In this document: positions 29,615 to 39,631 of the stretch, one piece after another
Numbering within the stretch: position 1 is the stretch's first letter
Layout of the letters: each line of letters opens with the position of its first letter
Assembly: GCA_944358415.1 (NCBI GenBank)
Contig: CALVRA010000006.1
Location: 4,142-68,141, forward strand
DNA: 64,000 nucleotides
Source: an uncultured Bacilli bacterium
GTDB lineage: Bacteria; Bacillota_I; Bacilli_A; RF39; UBA660
Direction: 5' to 3'
The notes under the pieces: model-generated
Database searches by the model: none
Seen by the model: the letters and a program-made list of their open reading frames with translations, nothing else
Told to the model about the DNA's origin: nothing
Program-made: the position numbers and the translations under genes

Positions 29615-31660
29615 CTATGATACTATGATAAATGTATATGTTTTTCCTTCAGTAAAGGAGTAACTTTTATTTACTTGATATGGAGAATCTTCATGAAGTT
29701 TTCCTGTTCCACGGCCTTCTGCTGATGCTTTATATGAACACGTGATATTAACTTTATTTGAAGTTTGACCTTGAATACCAGCTTTTATTTTATTACAATT
29801 TGCTGTTGGATTTGCTTCAGCATTAACCCAGTCTGATTGAACATATATATTATTGAATGTTTTTGGTGGAGTAGAAGGGGTTGTCGATCCACTTGTGCTT
29901 CCTCCAGAAGAACTAGAATTATTTGATGAACTTCCATTAGATGGTCTAGAAGATGAGCTAGAAGTAGATGTTTTATTTGAATTATTTGGTTTTTTATTAG
30001 TAGAAATGGTTATAACGATTGTATCTCCTTTGGAAATTTGTGTTCCTTCAGCAATACTTTGATTAATTACTTTACCAGAAGATTTAGTAGAGTATTCTTC
30101 TTTAAAAGTACATTTGATACCTAGTTTGTCGCATTCATTTTGTGCTTCTTTTTTAGTCATTCCATTAAAGTTTGGAATAGTTACAGCAGTACCTTTAGAG
30201 ACATATACAATAATAGTATCTTCTAAATTAATATTTTTTCCTTCTTCTATAGAGGTTTTAATTATTTTATCTTTTTCTAGGTTTTCATTAAATTCTTCTT
30301 TTATTTCATATTTGATGCCGTTAGTGTCAGCCCAACTTTTGAAATCATTTATGTTATCAAATTTTTTCATAGTAAGTGGTCCTTTTGAGAAGACAACGTC
30401 GACAGTAGTTCCTTCTTCGATGATATCGCCTTCTTTATAATTACTTTCAATAACTCTACCTGATTTAATATTATTGTCATATCTATCTGAATAATTAATT
30501 TGTAGGTTATTTTCAACCATCCATTTGGTAATTTCAGACATGTTTTTGTTTTTTAAATTAGGTACTTTAATTTCTTTACCTTTAGAGATGGTTAGGATTA
30601 TTAATTCGTCTGGTTTAACGGTAGTGCCTGCTTTAGGACTACTACTTATGACATGTCCTTTTTCTATTTGATTTGAAAATTCATATTTTAACTGATATAA
30701 AATGCCATTTCTTCCTAGATAGACTGAGGCATTTAAAAGACTTTCATTTTTTAAATTTTTAAGTTTAATAGGGGATAGAGCTGCTTTATCACCTAAGGAA
30801 ACTGTAAAGATTATTGGTTCATTTCTTTTTATTTGGCCGGTTTTATTTTGACTTATGATGGTATCTTTTTTGATGTTTAGATTTTCCTCAAAGTTTATAG
30901 ATACATTATTTAGAAAATTTTCATTTATAAATTTTAAAACGTCATCAATGTTCCAACCTGTCATATCAGCTAGTATAATTTCTTTATTATAGTCTGGACC
31001 ATTTGAAACAACAAAGTCAACAGTGTCAATATTTTTAGTTAATGTTTCAGCTTTTTCACTTTGACTAATTATATTATATTTTTTAGTAGTATCACTATAT
31101 TCAAAGTCTTGATTTGTTTTAATATCATTTTTTTCAGTCCAGTTAATAGCTTTTGTTAGGTTTTTACTTTCAAAGTTTGGTAAGTAACTTTGAGTTGGAA
31201 GCTTTATTATGTTTGTCATATAAAGACCATTGAAAATAGTAGCTGATATAACAAGTAAAGATGTAATCACGGTTGGAGCGGTTTTATTTTTGAAAAATGA
31301 ATTTTTAAAACTGATAAGGAACCCAGTTACGATGATTAGAAGAAGTGATGCATTGACGATTTGATAAATTTGGTTAATTTTATTTGTGGAGTCAATTACT
31401 AAATAGATAAATGCAATGATGGTAATAAGATAGGTTAAAGAAAGAATGATGTTAGTTTTAAAAGGTTTTGAATTTTCATTTTTTTTAATTTCTGCTTTTC
31501 TTTCTTTTTTATAAACGTTTTTTTTGTCATCAAAGATTATATCTTTTAGTTCTTTTCTTTTTTCTTCTAATTTTTTTTCTGTTTCTATTTGTTTTGTTTT
31601 TAAATTTTCTTCAATTTGTTTTCTTTCAGTTCTTGTTTTATATGTATTATTGTTTTCCAT
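29615..31660 (-). CDS. Multi-PASTA membrane protein without a kinase or PBP domain
   Basis: Charged N-terminus, about 3 TM, repeated PNFx...EYS...IISQ...VSxG PASTA units, Ser-rich linker. Confidence 0.85.
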   Translation of the reverse strand: MENNNTYKTRTERKQIEENLKTKQIETEKKLEEKRKELKDIIFDDKKNVYKKERKAEIKKNENSKPFKTNIILSLTYLITIIAFIYLVIDSTNKINQIYQIVNASLLLIIVTGFLISFKNSFFKNKTAPTVITSLLVISATIFNGLYMTNIIKLPTQSYLPNFESKNLTKAINWTEKNDIKTNQDFEYSDTTKKYNIISQSEKAETLTKNIDTVDFVVSNGPDYNKEIILADMTGWNIDDVLKFINENFLNNVSINFEENLNIKKDTIISQNKTGQIKRNEPIIFTVSLGDKAALSPIKLKNLKNESLLNASVYLGRNGILYQLKYEFSNQIEKGHVISSSPKAGTTVKPDELIILTISKGKEIKVPNLKNKNMSEITKWMVENNLQINYSDRYDNNIKSGRVIESNYKEGDIIEEGTTVDVVFSKGPLTMKKFDNINDFKSWADTNGIKYEIKEEFNENLEKDKIIKTSIEEGKNINLEDTIIVYVSKGTAVTIPNFNGMTKKEAQNECDKLGIKCTFKEEYSTKSSGKVINQSIAEGTQISKGDTIVITISTNKKPNNSNKTSTSSSSSRPSNGSSSNNSSSSGGSTSGSTTPSTPPKTFNNIYVQSDWVNAEANPTANCNKIKAGIQGQTSNKVNITCSYKASAEGRGTGKLHEDSPYQVNKSYSFTEGKTYTFIIVS

Positions 31661-31765
31661 GATATCACCTATAATAATTATACATTAAATATAATTTTAA
31701 CTAAATATTTTGGTGGTTATTTGTTTTTTATTTGACTATTATTTTACAAAAAAAGATGATTATTT

Positions 31766-32413
31766 TCATCTTATATGTTTTTTGATTAAACGCATGACTT
31801 TTTCTTTTTCATTTTTATTTTTTAATGGATTATGCATTTTGGTTTGAACAGTAGCTATTTGTATGTTGTTTTTTCTTTGAGCTAAATCATCTAAATATTC
31901 TTTGGCAATAAAAGCATCATCTTTTGAGTAGATAATTAATGTTGGAACATTTATTTTTTCAATAGCAATTTTAGCTAGAGATTGAGTTTTGTTTGAAAGG
32001 ATTAGCTTTTTAATTTTTTCTTTACTTAGCTTAGTTTTTTCTTCGCCATAAGGTCTAGCAATTTTTTCGTCACCTTTTTCATAATCGATTTGTTTTTGTT
32101 CATCTGCTGTGTAGTTTCCAAATTCTGGGGCAATTAAAGTTAAACTTTTGATTCTTTTGTTTTTGTAGGCTGTTAGAATACCTAGATTACAACCCATAGC
32201 ATTACAAATTAAATTTGCCTTTTGTCCCATTGGGTTTGCGTGTCTAAAGGCATCAGTTAAGGTACTATTTAAGGTTTTAACTGATGTGAGTGGAAGATTA
32301 GCATAGTGTTCAAAAACAATGTTTAGATCTAATCCATTTTCATTAAAAAGTTTTTTTGTTTCATTAAGTTCATCTAAGTTTGCAGAGAAATCTTTATAAT
32401 ATAAGTTATACAT
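31766..32413 (-). CDS. Alpha/beta-hydrolase-fold protein lacking the nucleophile Ser
   Basis: LICNAMGCNLG at the nucleophile elbow, IKSLTLIAP, INVPTLIIYSKDD, MHNP. Confidence 0.65.
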   Translation of the reverse strand: MYNLYYKDFSANLDELNETKKLFNENGLDLNIVFEHYANLPLTSVKTLNSTLTDAFRHANPMGQKANLICNAMGCNLGILTAYKNKRIKSLTLIAPEFGNYTADEQKQIDYEKGDEKIARPYGEEKTKLSKEKIKKLILSNKTQSLAKIAIEKINVPTLIIYSKDDAFIAKEYLDDLAQRKNNIQIATVQTKMHNPLKNKNEKEKVMRLIKKHIR

Positions 32414-32470
32414 TTTTACCTCCTTTGGTTATTTCATTATAACACATATTTTTAAAAATATGTGATGATT

Positions 32471-33529
32471 TTAGAAAATTGTCTTTCTTTTGATATTTAT
32501 TTTTTTAATTAGATAGGTAAGTAGTAGAGAAATAATAAATACTATGATAGTGATGATTGGAACTGATAGAATTTGAGTAAAACTATTTATTTGAATAATA
32601 TTAAAGTGTAGTAAGGAATTTAATATTAGTATATGAATAATATAAATACCTAGTGTACAGTTTGATATGATTTTAATTTCTTTTTTATATATGCTTTCTG
32701 ATTTGAAGCGATGATGTTTAAAAAATAAGAATATGGCGCAGGCTTCAAAGAAAGTGAAAATTGAAAAGTTGTCATAAAAATAGTCAATGTTTTTTGCTTC
32801 GTAGTTTGATACTATGAAAGTTAAAAAGGCACATATGACAACACTTAAAATGCCCAATATATATATTATTTTTCTTTTTTTTAGCGGAATGTCAAAGTTA
32901 TGCATATAGTATCCTAGTAGAAAATAACTATAGTACTGACATATTATATTAATTGGCATTTTATTTATAATATTTTTTAAGTGTTCAATATAAGGTATAA
33001 ATGAGATGGAAGTTATTGTTTTTAGAGTGCATGAAATCATAAATATAATAAATAAATATTTAAATATTTGATTTGCATTTTTGTTTTGTGTTATTTTGAT
33101 TAAGATTGGAGATATTGTATATAATCCAATTATGACAGGGATATACCAAAAATGATATGGACCATTTATTGTTGATATAATAAAACTAGTTAAATTTAAT
33201 TCTTTGGTGTGCTGAATAAAGACATCATAACAATAGTAAATTATGGACCAAAGAATATATATTAAAATGAGTTTAAGAATGTTTTTTGAAAAAATTTCTT
33301 TTATTTTCTTTTCTTTTTGTGGGTTTAAGAAAAAGACGCCACTTAACATAATAAAAATTGGAACTGCACTTCTTACTAAACTATCATAAAAATTGTAGAT
33401 GTTAAATGTGAATGTGTTGCTTGGGGTAATGTACCAGTTTTGAGCGGATACATGAATTAAGACTACCATGAAAGCAGCAAGAATTCTAAGTAAATCTAGA
33501 TTATAATTTCTTGTTTTTGTGTTAGTCAT
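32471..33529 (-). CDS. Acyltransferase-3 family O-acyltransferase
   Basis: LDLLRILAAFMVVLIH, AVPIFIMLSG, HFWY, LGIYIIH. Confidence 0.9.
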   Translation of the reverse strand: MTNTKTRNYNLDLLRILAAFMVVLIHVSAQNWYITPSNTFTFNIYNFYDSLVRSAVPIFIMLSGVFFLNPQKEKKIKEIFSKNILKLILIYILWSIIYYCYDVFIQHTKELNLTSFIISTINGPYHFWYIPVIIGLYTISPILIKITQNKNANQIFKYLFIIFMISCTLKTITSISFIPYIEHLKNIINKMPINIICQYYSYFLLGYYMHNFDIPLKKRKIIYILGILSVVICAFLTFIVSNYEAKNIDYFYDNFSIFTFFEACAIFLFFKHHRFKSESIYKKEIKIISNCTLGIYIIHILILNSLLHFNIIQINSFTQILSVPIITIIVFIISLLLTYLIKKINIKRKTIF

Positions 33530-33638
33530 TTTTCATCCCTCACTTTCAGTATAGCATATTTTTTGATTTTAATGAATTTTTTGGTGATTTAACTTTTTAT
33601 TTGCTTTGTTTTTTGTTATACTTATTTTGGTATAAGGA

Positions 33639-35306
33639 GTGTATATAATGGTTAAATTTTTGAAGGAAAATAAGTTTTGTTTATTAATTATTTTTTTAAT
33701 TTCTTTAGTTGTTGCTGGTCCATATATTTTTACTAATCAGTTCACTTGGACTCATGACAGTTTATATCATTATATTAATATTGCAGCTATGAATGAAAAT
33801 ATCGATTTATCCTTAGGGAAAATTTTTTCTGATAAAGTAATTGGAACGATTGCTTATGATTTTGGTTGGGGAAGTGGGATATTTTATCCATCTTTTGCAT
33901 ATTATATTGCTGTTTATATGTTTAAAATTTTAAATGTATTTGGAATATCTAGCATTTTTACTATTTTAAAATTATGTGATTTTTTGGCTATTTTTTTAGC
34001 TGGATTTTTCATGTATGTTTTTTGTAAAAAAGTATTAAAAAATAAGACGGCTGCTTTGGTTTCTTCTATTATTTATATTACGTTTCCTTATTTTTTTATC
34101 GATATTTTTGTTAGGGGAGCATTGGCAGAAATGTTTTTATTTATGTTTGTACCAATGGTGTTTTTAGGGCTTGAATATTTATTTGAAAAGGATTATTTGT
34201 ATTTTTATATTTGGTTTATAATTGGTTATGTTGGTGCAATTAATTGTCATTTGGTTTTATCTGTTTATTTAACTATTTTTGTACTGCTTTTTTTACTTTT
34301 TAATATTAAGAAAATATGGGATAAAAATGTAATAAAAAAATTATTTGTCGGTGGTTTAGTTATTTTAGGTATTTGTGCGCCTTTTGTTATTCCTTTATGT
34401 TTTCATACTTTGTTTGGGGATTATACTATTTATATTGATGGGCTTTCTTATACAGTGGATAAGGTTTTGGATACAACTGTTGGTTTGAAAGATTATTTTT
34501 CTTTAGAAAAACCGTTAGCTTGGACTGGCGAGATTGTTTTTACAATTAGTATTACGGCACTTCTTTGTTTGATTGGTACTTTGCTAAAGTTTAAGAGGAT
34601 TGAAAAGGGGTCAACTTTAAAAATTTATTTGGTGCTTATTTTAATTACGTTATTTATGTTATCACCACTTTTTCCTTGGAAATATGTGCCAGGAATGCTT
34701 TTAAATATTCAGTTTGTTTGGAGACTTGGTCTATTTTTGGCATTTTTTGTTTCTGTTTGTGCAGGTTATATGTTTGTATCTTTGAGATGGCCTAAAGTTT
34801 TTGCTTCTTTAGTTGTTGGGATTTCACTTGTTTGGGTATTTACTTTTGATAAAATGGTAATTATGCATAGTTATGATGAAAGTGAAATAGATATGAGCAG
34901 GCAAGGGCCAGCTACATTATTTTATATTCCAGCAGCAAGTTATAAGCATTTGGATTATGTAGAAAAAAGAAGTAAGGATATTTATGTTTTAAAAGGTGAA
35001 GCTAAAATTGATAATGTAATTTCTAAAACTCCTTATTTAGAGTTTGATGTAAAAACTAAGGGAGCAGTTTTAGAATTGCCTCGGTATTATTTTTTTGGAT
35101 ATGAGTTAACTTTAAATGGTGAGAGGCTTAATTATAAAGAAAATGAGAAAGGTTTTATTGAAATTAAAGTTAATGAAAGTGGGAAAGTTATTTTGAAATA
35201 TACTGGTGGGGCAGGTTATAAAATAGCGCTTTGGATTCAAATGCTTACGCTTTCATTTAGTTTAATATATGTTATTAAGAAATGGGAGATGGAGTGCCGT
35301 GGATAG
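33639..35306 (+). CDS. GT-C-type membrane glycosyltransferase (PTPS-related/YfhO-like)
   Basis: HDSLYH, GIFYP, RGALAE, IQFVWR and a C-terminal ELPRYYFFGY domain. Confidence 0.7.
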   Translation: MYIMVKFLKENKFCLLIIFLISLVVAGPYIFTNQFTWTHDSLYHYINIAAMNENIDLSLGKIFSDKVIGTIAYDFGWGSGIFYPSFAYYIAVYMFKILNVFGISSIFTILKLCDFLAIFLAGFFMYVFCKKVLKNKTAALVSSIIYITFPYFFIDIFVRGALAEMFLFMFVPMVFLGLEYLFEKDYLYFYIWFIIGYVGAINCHLVLSVYLTIFVLLFLLFNIKKIWDKNVIKKLFVGGLVILGICAPFVIPLCFHTLFGDYTIYIDGLSYTVDKVLDTTVGLKDYFSLEKPLAWTGEIVFTISITALLCLIGTLLKFKRIEKGSTLKIYLVLILITLFMLSPLFPWKYVPGMLLNIQFVWRLGLFLAFFVSVCAGYMFVSLRWPKVFASLVVGISLVWVFTFDKMVIMHSYDESEIDMSRQGPATLFYIPAASYKHLDYVEKRSKDIYVLKGEAKIDNVISKTPYLEFDVKTKGAVLELPRYYFFGYELTLNGERLNYKENEKGFIEIKVNESGKVILKYTGGAGYKIALWIQMLTLSFSLIYVIKKWEMECRG

Positions 35307-36171
35307 ATTAAAAAACTATTTAAGTTTAATTAGGGTTAAGCATTATATTAAAAATATACTTATTTTTGTACCTTTAGTGTTTAGCGGTTTATACAAAGAT
35401 AGTTTTAATGTAGGTATAACTATTTTAGGTTTTATTTTATTTTGTTTAGTTTCTTCTTTGGTGTATGTTATTAATGATATATGTGATATTGAAAAAGACA
35501 GGTTACATGAGTTAAAAAAATATAGACCTCTTCCATCTGGGAAGGTTAGCATTAAAGAGGCTTTATTTATTATCTTGTTTTTAAGTTTTGTTTGTATTAT
35601 TTTGTCATTTATTATATATAGATATGTTTCTGTTTATCCAATAATATTAGCCTTAGGTTATATTTTAATTAATATTTTATATAGTAAGTGGCTCAAAAAT
35701 ATAGTTTTAGTTGATGTTGTAATATTAGTGGTTGGATTTTTGATTAGAGTGTTTTTTGGCTCACTTTTAATAGAAACATTTATTTCTAATTATTTATATT
35801 TAACGGTAATGGCTGGAGCTTTTTATTTAGGTTTTGGTAAAAGACGTAATGAAATAATTAAAAATAGTGATAAATCAAGAAAAGTGTTGAAATATTATAA
35901 TAAGGATTTTTTGGATAAGAATATGTATGTATGTTTAGCTTTAACTATAGTGTTTTATTCTATGTGGGCAACAGATCCGGTTATATCTTTAAAAAATAGC
36001 AATTTATTTATTTGGACGGTTCCAATTGTGATGCTTATATTTTTTGAATATAGTTTAGTGATTGAAAGTGGTAGTTATGGTGATCCAGTTGAGGTTTTAA
36101 CGCATAATAAAGGCCTTTGGTGGACAGTTATATTTTATATTTTTGTTTTATTTTTGATTATATTTATATAA
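35299..36171 (+). CDS. UbiA-family polyprenyl-phosphate phosphoribosyltransferase
   Basis: RVKHYIKN, YVINDICDIEKDRLHELKKYRPLPSG, GKRRNE, GDP; GTG start at 35299 likely. Confidence 0.85.
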   Translation: MDRLKNYLSLIRVKHYIKNILIFVPLVFSGLYKDSFNVGITILGFILFCLVSSLVYVINDICDIEKDRLHELKKYRPLPSGKVSIKEALFIILFLSFVCIILSFIIYRYVSVYPIILALGYILINILYSKWLKNIVLVDVVILVVGFLIRVFFGSLLIETFISNYLYLTVMAGAFYLGFGKRRNEIIKNSDKSRKVLKYYNKDFLDKNMYVCLALTIVFYSMWATDPVISLKNSNLFIWTVPIVMLIFFEYSLVIESGSYGDPVEVLTHNKGLWWTVIFYIFVLFLIIFI

Positions 36172-36256
36172 GTTATTTATCTTTTTAAACATTTAATATT
36201 TGACTGATTTATTTGGAATTTTGTAATAATTTTGTTATACTTGTATATAGAATTGG

Positions 36257-37795
36257 TTGGTGATTATTTTGCGAACATTAAATTCTTTAAAAAATATTAT
36301 AGGAAATTTTGCGAATAATATAGTTTTAAATTTACTTAAGTTTGTATCTAGGATTATATTTGTTAAGGTTTTAGATGAAGTATATTTAGGTGTGAATGGT
36401 CTTTTATCTAATGTACTGGGCATTTTAGCTTTAGCTGAGCTTGGAATTGGCACGGCTATTAATTATAGTTTATATAAACCACTTGCTGATAATGATACAG
36501 ATAAATGTAAGAAACTTATGAAATTTTATAGGTTTGCTTATAGGATAATTGCTTTGGTAGTACTTGTATTAGGTCTTGTATTACTTCCATTTTTACCTTG
36601 GTTTATTAAAGATACATCAGGTATTGAAAATCTTAATATTATATATTTGATTTTTCTTGCGAATATGGTTATAGGTTATTTATTTTCTTATAAAAGGACT
36701 TTGATTACGGCTGATCAGAAGAACTATAAAATTACACCGTTTTTGATTTTGTCTAATTTGATAATGACGGCTGGTCAGATTATTATTTTACTTGTATTTA
36801 AAAATTACATTTTATATTTACTTGTTCAAACGTCATGTATCTTTTTAGAAAATATTTTAGTAAATAGATATATTACAAAGTCTTATCCTTATTTGAGGGA
36901 AATTAATGAGGCTGGTAAGTTAGAGAAAAATGAGTTAAAGGAAATTAAAGTTAATATAAAGTCATTAATGTTTCATAAGATTGGAAGTTATGTATTAACG
37001 GCGACAGATAATTTAGTTATTTCTAAGTTTATTGGAATTGTAACAGTTGGTATTTACTCTAATTATGTGATGATTCATAGTGCGATTAGTAGTTTTATAT
37101 ATGTTTTTGTAAGTAATGTGACGGCTTCTTTTGGAAATCTGATTGCGGAAGGCGATAAAGAAAAGCGGTTTAAAGTATTTACAGAAATGGATTTTATTAC
37201 TTACTGTTTATATGGGGTTTCGGCTATTTGTTTATTATTTACTTTTAATCCATTTATTGAATTTGTGTTTGGTTATAAGTTTGTTTTACCTTTTATAGTA
37301 GTTTTACTTATAATGATTAATTATTATTTAGTTGGATTAAATCAGGTTCCTATTATTGTTCAATCGGCAGCTGGGGTTTATAAATATGATAAGTATGTGC
37401 CTTTAATTGAGGCTTTTGTAAATCTTGTTTTAAGTATTATTTTTGTTCAATTTATGGGAATTTCTGGTATTTTACTTGGAACTTTAGTTAGTTATTTGTT
37501 ACCTTTAATTATTAAGCCTTTTGTAGTGTTTAAATATGTTTTATTTAAAGATATTAAGCTTTATTTTAAGTCATTTTTTAAGCAGCTATTTACTTTAATT
37601 TTAGCTGGGACACTTGTATTTTTAATAATTAGCTTTATTAAAGTTCCGGTGCTTGTTCAAGTAATTATTAATTTCTTAATTTCACTTATTATTCCTACTT
37701 TAATAATTATTTTAGTTTATAGGAAAACTGATGAATTTAATAGTGCGAAAGATAGAGTTATGTTTTTATTTAATAAAATAAGAAAGAGAGCGTAA
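36257..37795 (+). CDS. Wzx-type polysaccharide flippase
   Basis: RTLNSLKN, LAELGIGTAINYSLYKPLA, TDNLVIS...VGIYSNY; multi-TM. Confidence 0.88.
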   Translation: MVIILRTLNSLKNIIGNFANNIVLNLLKFVSRIIFVKVLDEVYLGVNGLLSNVLGILALAELGIGTAINYSLYKPLADNDTDKCKKLMKFYRFAYRIIALVVLVLGLVLLPFLPWFIKDTSGIENLNIIYLIFLANMVIGYLFSYKRTLITADQKNYKITPFLILSNLIMTAGQIIILLVFKNYILYLLVQTSCIFLENILVNRYITKSYPYLREINEAGKLEKNELKEIKVNIKSLMFHKIGSYVLTATDNLVISKFIGIVTVGIYSNYVMIHSAISSFIYVFVSNVTASFGNLIAEGDKEKRFKVFTEMDFITYCLYGVSAICLLFTFNPFIEFVFGYKFVLPFIVVLLIMINYYLVGLNQVPIIVQSAAGVYKYDKYVPLIEAFVNLVLSIIFVQFMGISGILLGTLVSYLLPLIIKPFVVFKYVLFKDIKLYFKSFFKQLFTLILAGTLVFLIISFIKVPVLVQVIINFLISLIIPTLIIILVYRKTDEFNSAKDRVMFLFNKIRKRA

Positions 37796-37796
37796 T

Positions 37797-38696
37797 ATGA
37801 AGCATGCATATTTGATTATGGCGCATAATGAGCCTTATATTTTAGAAAGACTTTTAAAACTTATTGATGATGAACGTAATGATATTTATGTTCATATTGA
37901 TAAAAAATGGAAGGATTTTAATTTTGAATATTTTAGAAAAATAGTTAATAAAAGTGAACTTATTTTTACTAAAAGATTAGATGTTAGATGGGCAAGTTAT
38001 ACGCAAATAGAGTGTGAAATGGTTTTGTTTGAAGAGGCTTCTAAGAAAAAATACAAATATTATCATTTAATTTCTGGTGTGGATATGCCGCTTGTTAGTC
38101 AAAATGTTATGCATGATTTTTTTGATAATTCTAATAAGGAATTTGTGTGTTTTGATAGACATGATGCTATTTTGGATGGTGCATTAGAAAGAGTTAAGTT
38201 TTATCATTTTTTTGTTCCATGGGCTAGAAGTAATAGTAAAATAAAGCGTTTATTTTTTAATAAATTTCATTTTTGGAGTATAAAAATTCAAAAGAAATTA
38301 AAGGTAAATAGAGTAAAAAAATATAATTTAGATTTTAGAAAAGGAGCAAACTGGGTTAGTATTACTGATGAGTTTGTAAGATATGTTTTGAGTAAGAAAA
38401 ATGAGTTTAAAAAAATATTTAAATATAGTTATTGTGCGGATGAATTATTTATCCAAACTTTACTTTATAATAGTGAATTTTATAAAAATGTAGTTAGTTT
38501 AAAAAATGATGATTATGTTTCTATAAAAAGATTTATAGATTGGAATAGGGGACAGCCTTATACTTTTAGATTAGATGATTATGATTTGATTATGAATAGT
38601 GGATGTTTTTTTGCAAGAAAATTTTCTAGTAAATTAGATAAAGATATTATTGATAAAATATATACGAAGGTAGCTGGTAAAAATGACAAAAGTTAG
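37797..38696 (+). CDS. GT14 (core-2/I-branching type) glycosyltransferase
   Basis: HAYLIMAH, YVHIDKK, YHLISGVD, GANWVSIT, ADELF, FARKF. Confidence 0.88.
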   Translation: MKHAYLIMAHNEPYILERLLKLIDDERNDIYVHIDKKWKDFNFEYFRKIVNKSELIFTKRLDVRWASYTQIECEMVLFEEASKKKYKYYHLISGVDMPLVSQNVMHDFFDNSNKEFVCFDRHDAILDGALERVKFYHFFVPWARSNSKIKRLFFNKFHFWSIKIQKKLKVNRVKKYNLDFRKGANWVSITDEFVRYVLSKKNEFKKIFKYSYCADELFIQTLLYNSEFYKNVVSLKNDDYVSIKRFIDWNRGQPYTFRLDDYDLIMNSGCFFARKFSSKLDKDIIDKIYTKVAGKNDKS

Positions 38697-39627
38697 TATT
38701 ATTGTACCATTTTATAATTCAAAGAAATATTTAAAAAGATGTTTAGACAGTTTGGTTAAGCAAAGTTTAAATGATATTGAAATAATTTTTGTGAATGATG
38801 GTTCAACCGATGGTAGCGAAGAAATTATTTATGATTATTTAAAAAAAGATAATAGAATTAAACTTTTTAATAAAGAAAATGGTGGGCAAGCATCCGCACG
38901 TAATTTAGGGTTATCTAAGGCAACAAGTGATTATGTAATTTTTATTGATAGTGATGATTATGTAGAAGAAAATTTATGTGAGGAACTTTATAATAGTGTT
39001 AAAAATGGGTATGATATAGTTATTAGTGATTATTATATTGTATCTAATGAGGTTAAAAGTTATCATAAAATTTCTAAATGCGTAGAGGGAGAGATTTCTT
39101 TAAAAGAATATTTACTTACAGCGGTGTGTCCTTGGAATAAAATTTATAGAAAAGAATTTTTAATTAAAAATGGTTTTGTTTTTCCTGAGGGAATTATATA
39201 TGAAGATTATGCTTCTATTCCGACGCTTGTTAATTATAATCCGAAGGTTTATTATTTACCAAAAGCTTTTGTAAATTATATTCATACTGAAGTGTCTACA
39301 ATGAGAAGTGATGAATATAAGGAAAAATACGAGAATATTTTTGAGGCAACTGATTTTTTATATGAGCATTTATATAAAGGTGAATATATTGAAGAGCTTG
39401 AATATTTGATAAGTTATCATTTTCTTTATTTGGGTTCACTTAATTTTTACAAATTTGAGAAATTTGAACAGTTAGATAAAATATCTGATTTTATGAAGAA
39501 AAAATTTCCAAAATATTTTAAAAATAAATATGTTAGGAAGATGAGTTTGAAAGAAAAAGCACTTATGCGACTTTTTTATCATAAAAGGTATAATGTAATT
39601 AAATTTATTCAAAAAATTAAGAGGTGA
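38683..39627 (+). CDS. GT2 glycosyltransferase
   Basis: VSIIVPFYN, VNDGSTD, ARNLG, FIDSDD, YED. Confidence 0.92.
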   Translation: MTKVSIIVPFYNSKKYLKRCLDSLVKQSLNDIEIIFVNDGSTDGSEEIIYDYLKKDNRIKLFNKENGGQASARNLGLSKATSDYVIFIDSDDYVEENLCEELYNSVKNGYDIVISDYYIVSNEVKSYHKISKCVEGEISLKEYLLTAVCPWNKIYRKEFLIKNGFVFPEGIIYEDYASIPTLVNYNPKVYYLPKAFVNYIHTEVSTMRSDEYKEKYENIFEATDFLYEHLYKGEYIEELEYLISYHFLYLGSLNFYKFEKFEQLDKISDFMKKKFPKYFKNKYVRKMSLKEKALMRLFYHKRYNVIKFIQKIKR

Positions 39628-39631
39628 AAGA

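Noticed and set aside
29860-29990. Low-complexity AGA/TGA-rich tract
   Set aside because: It encodes the Ser/Thr-rich linker of the PASTA protein on the minus strand
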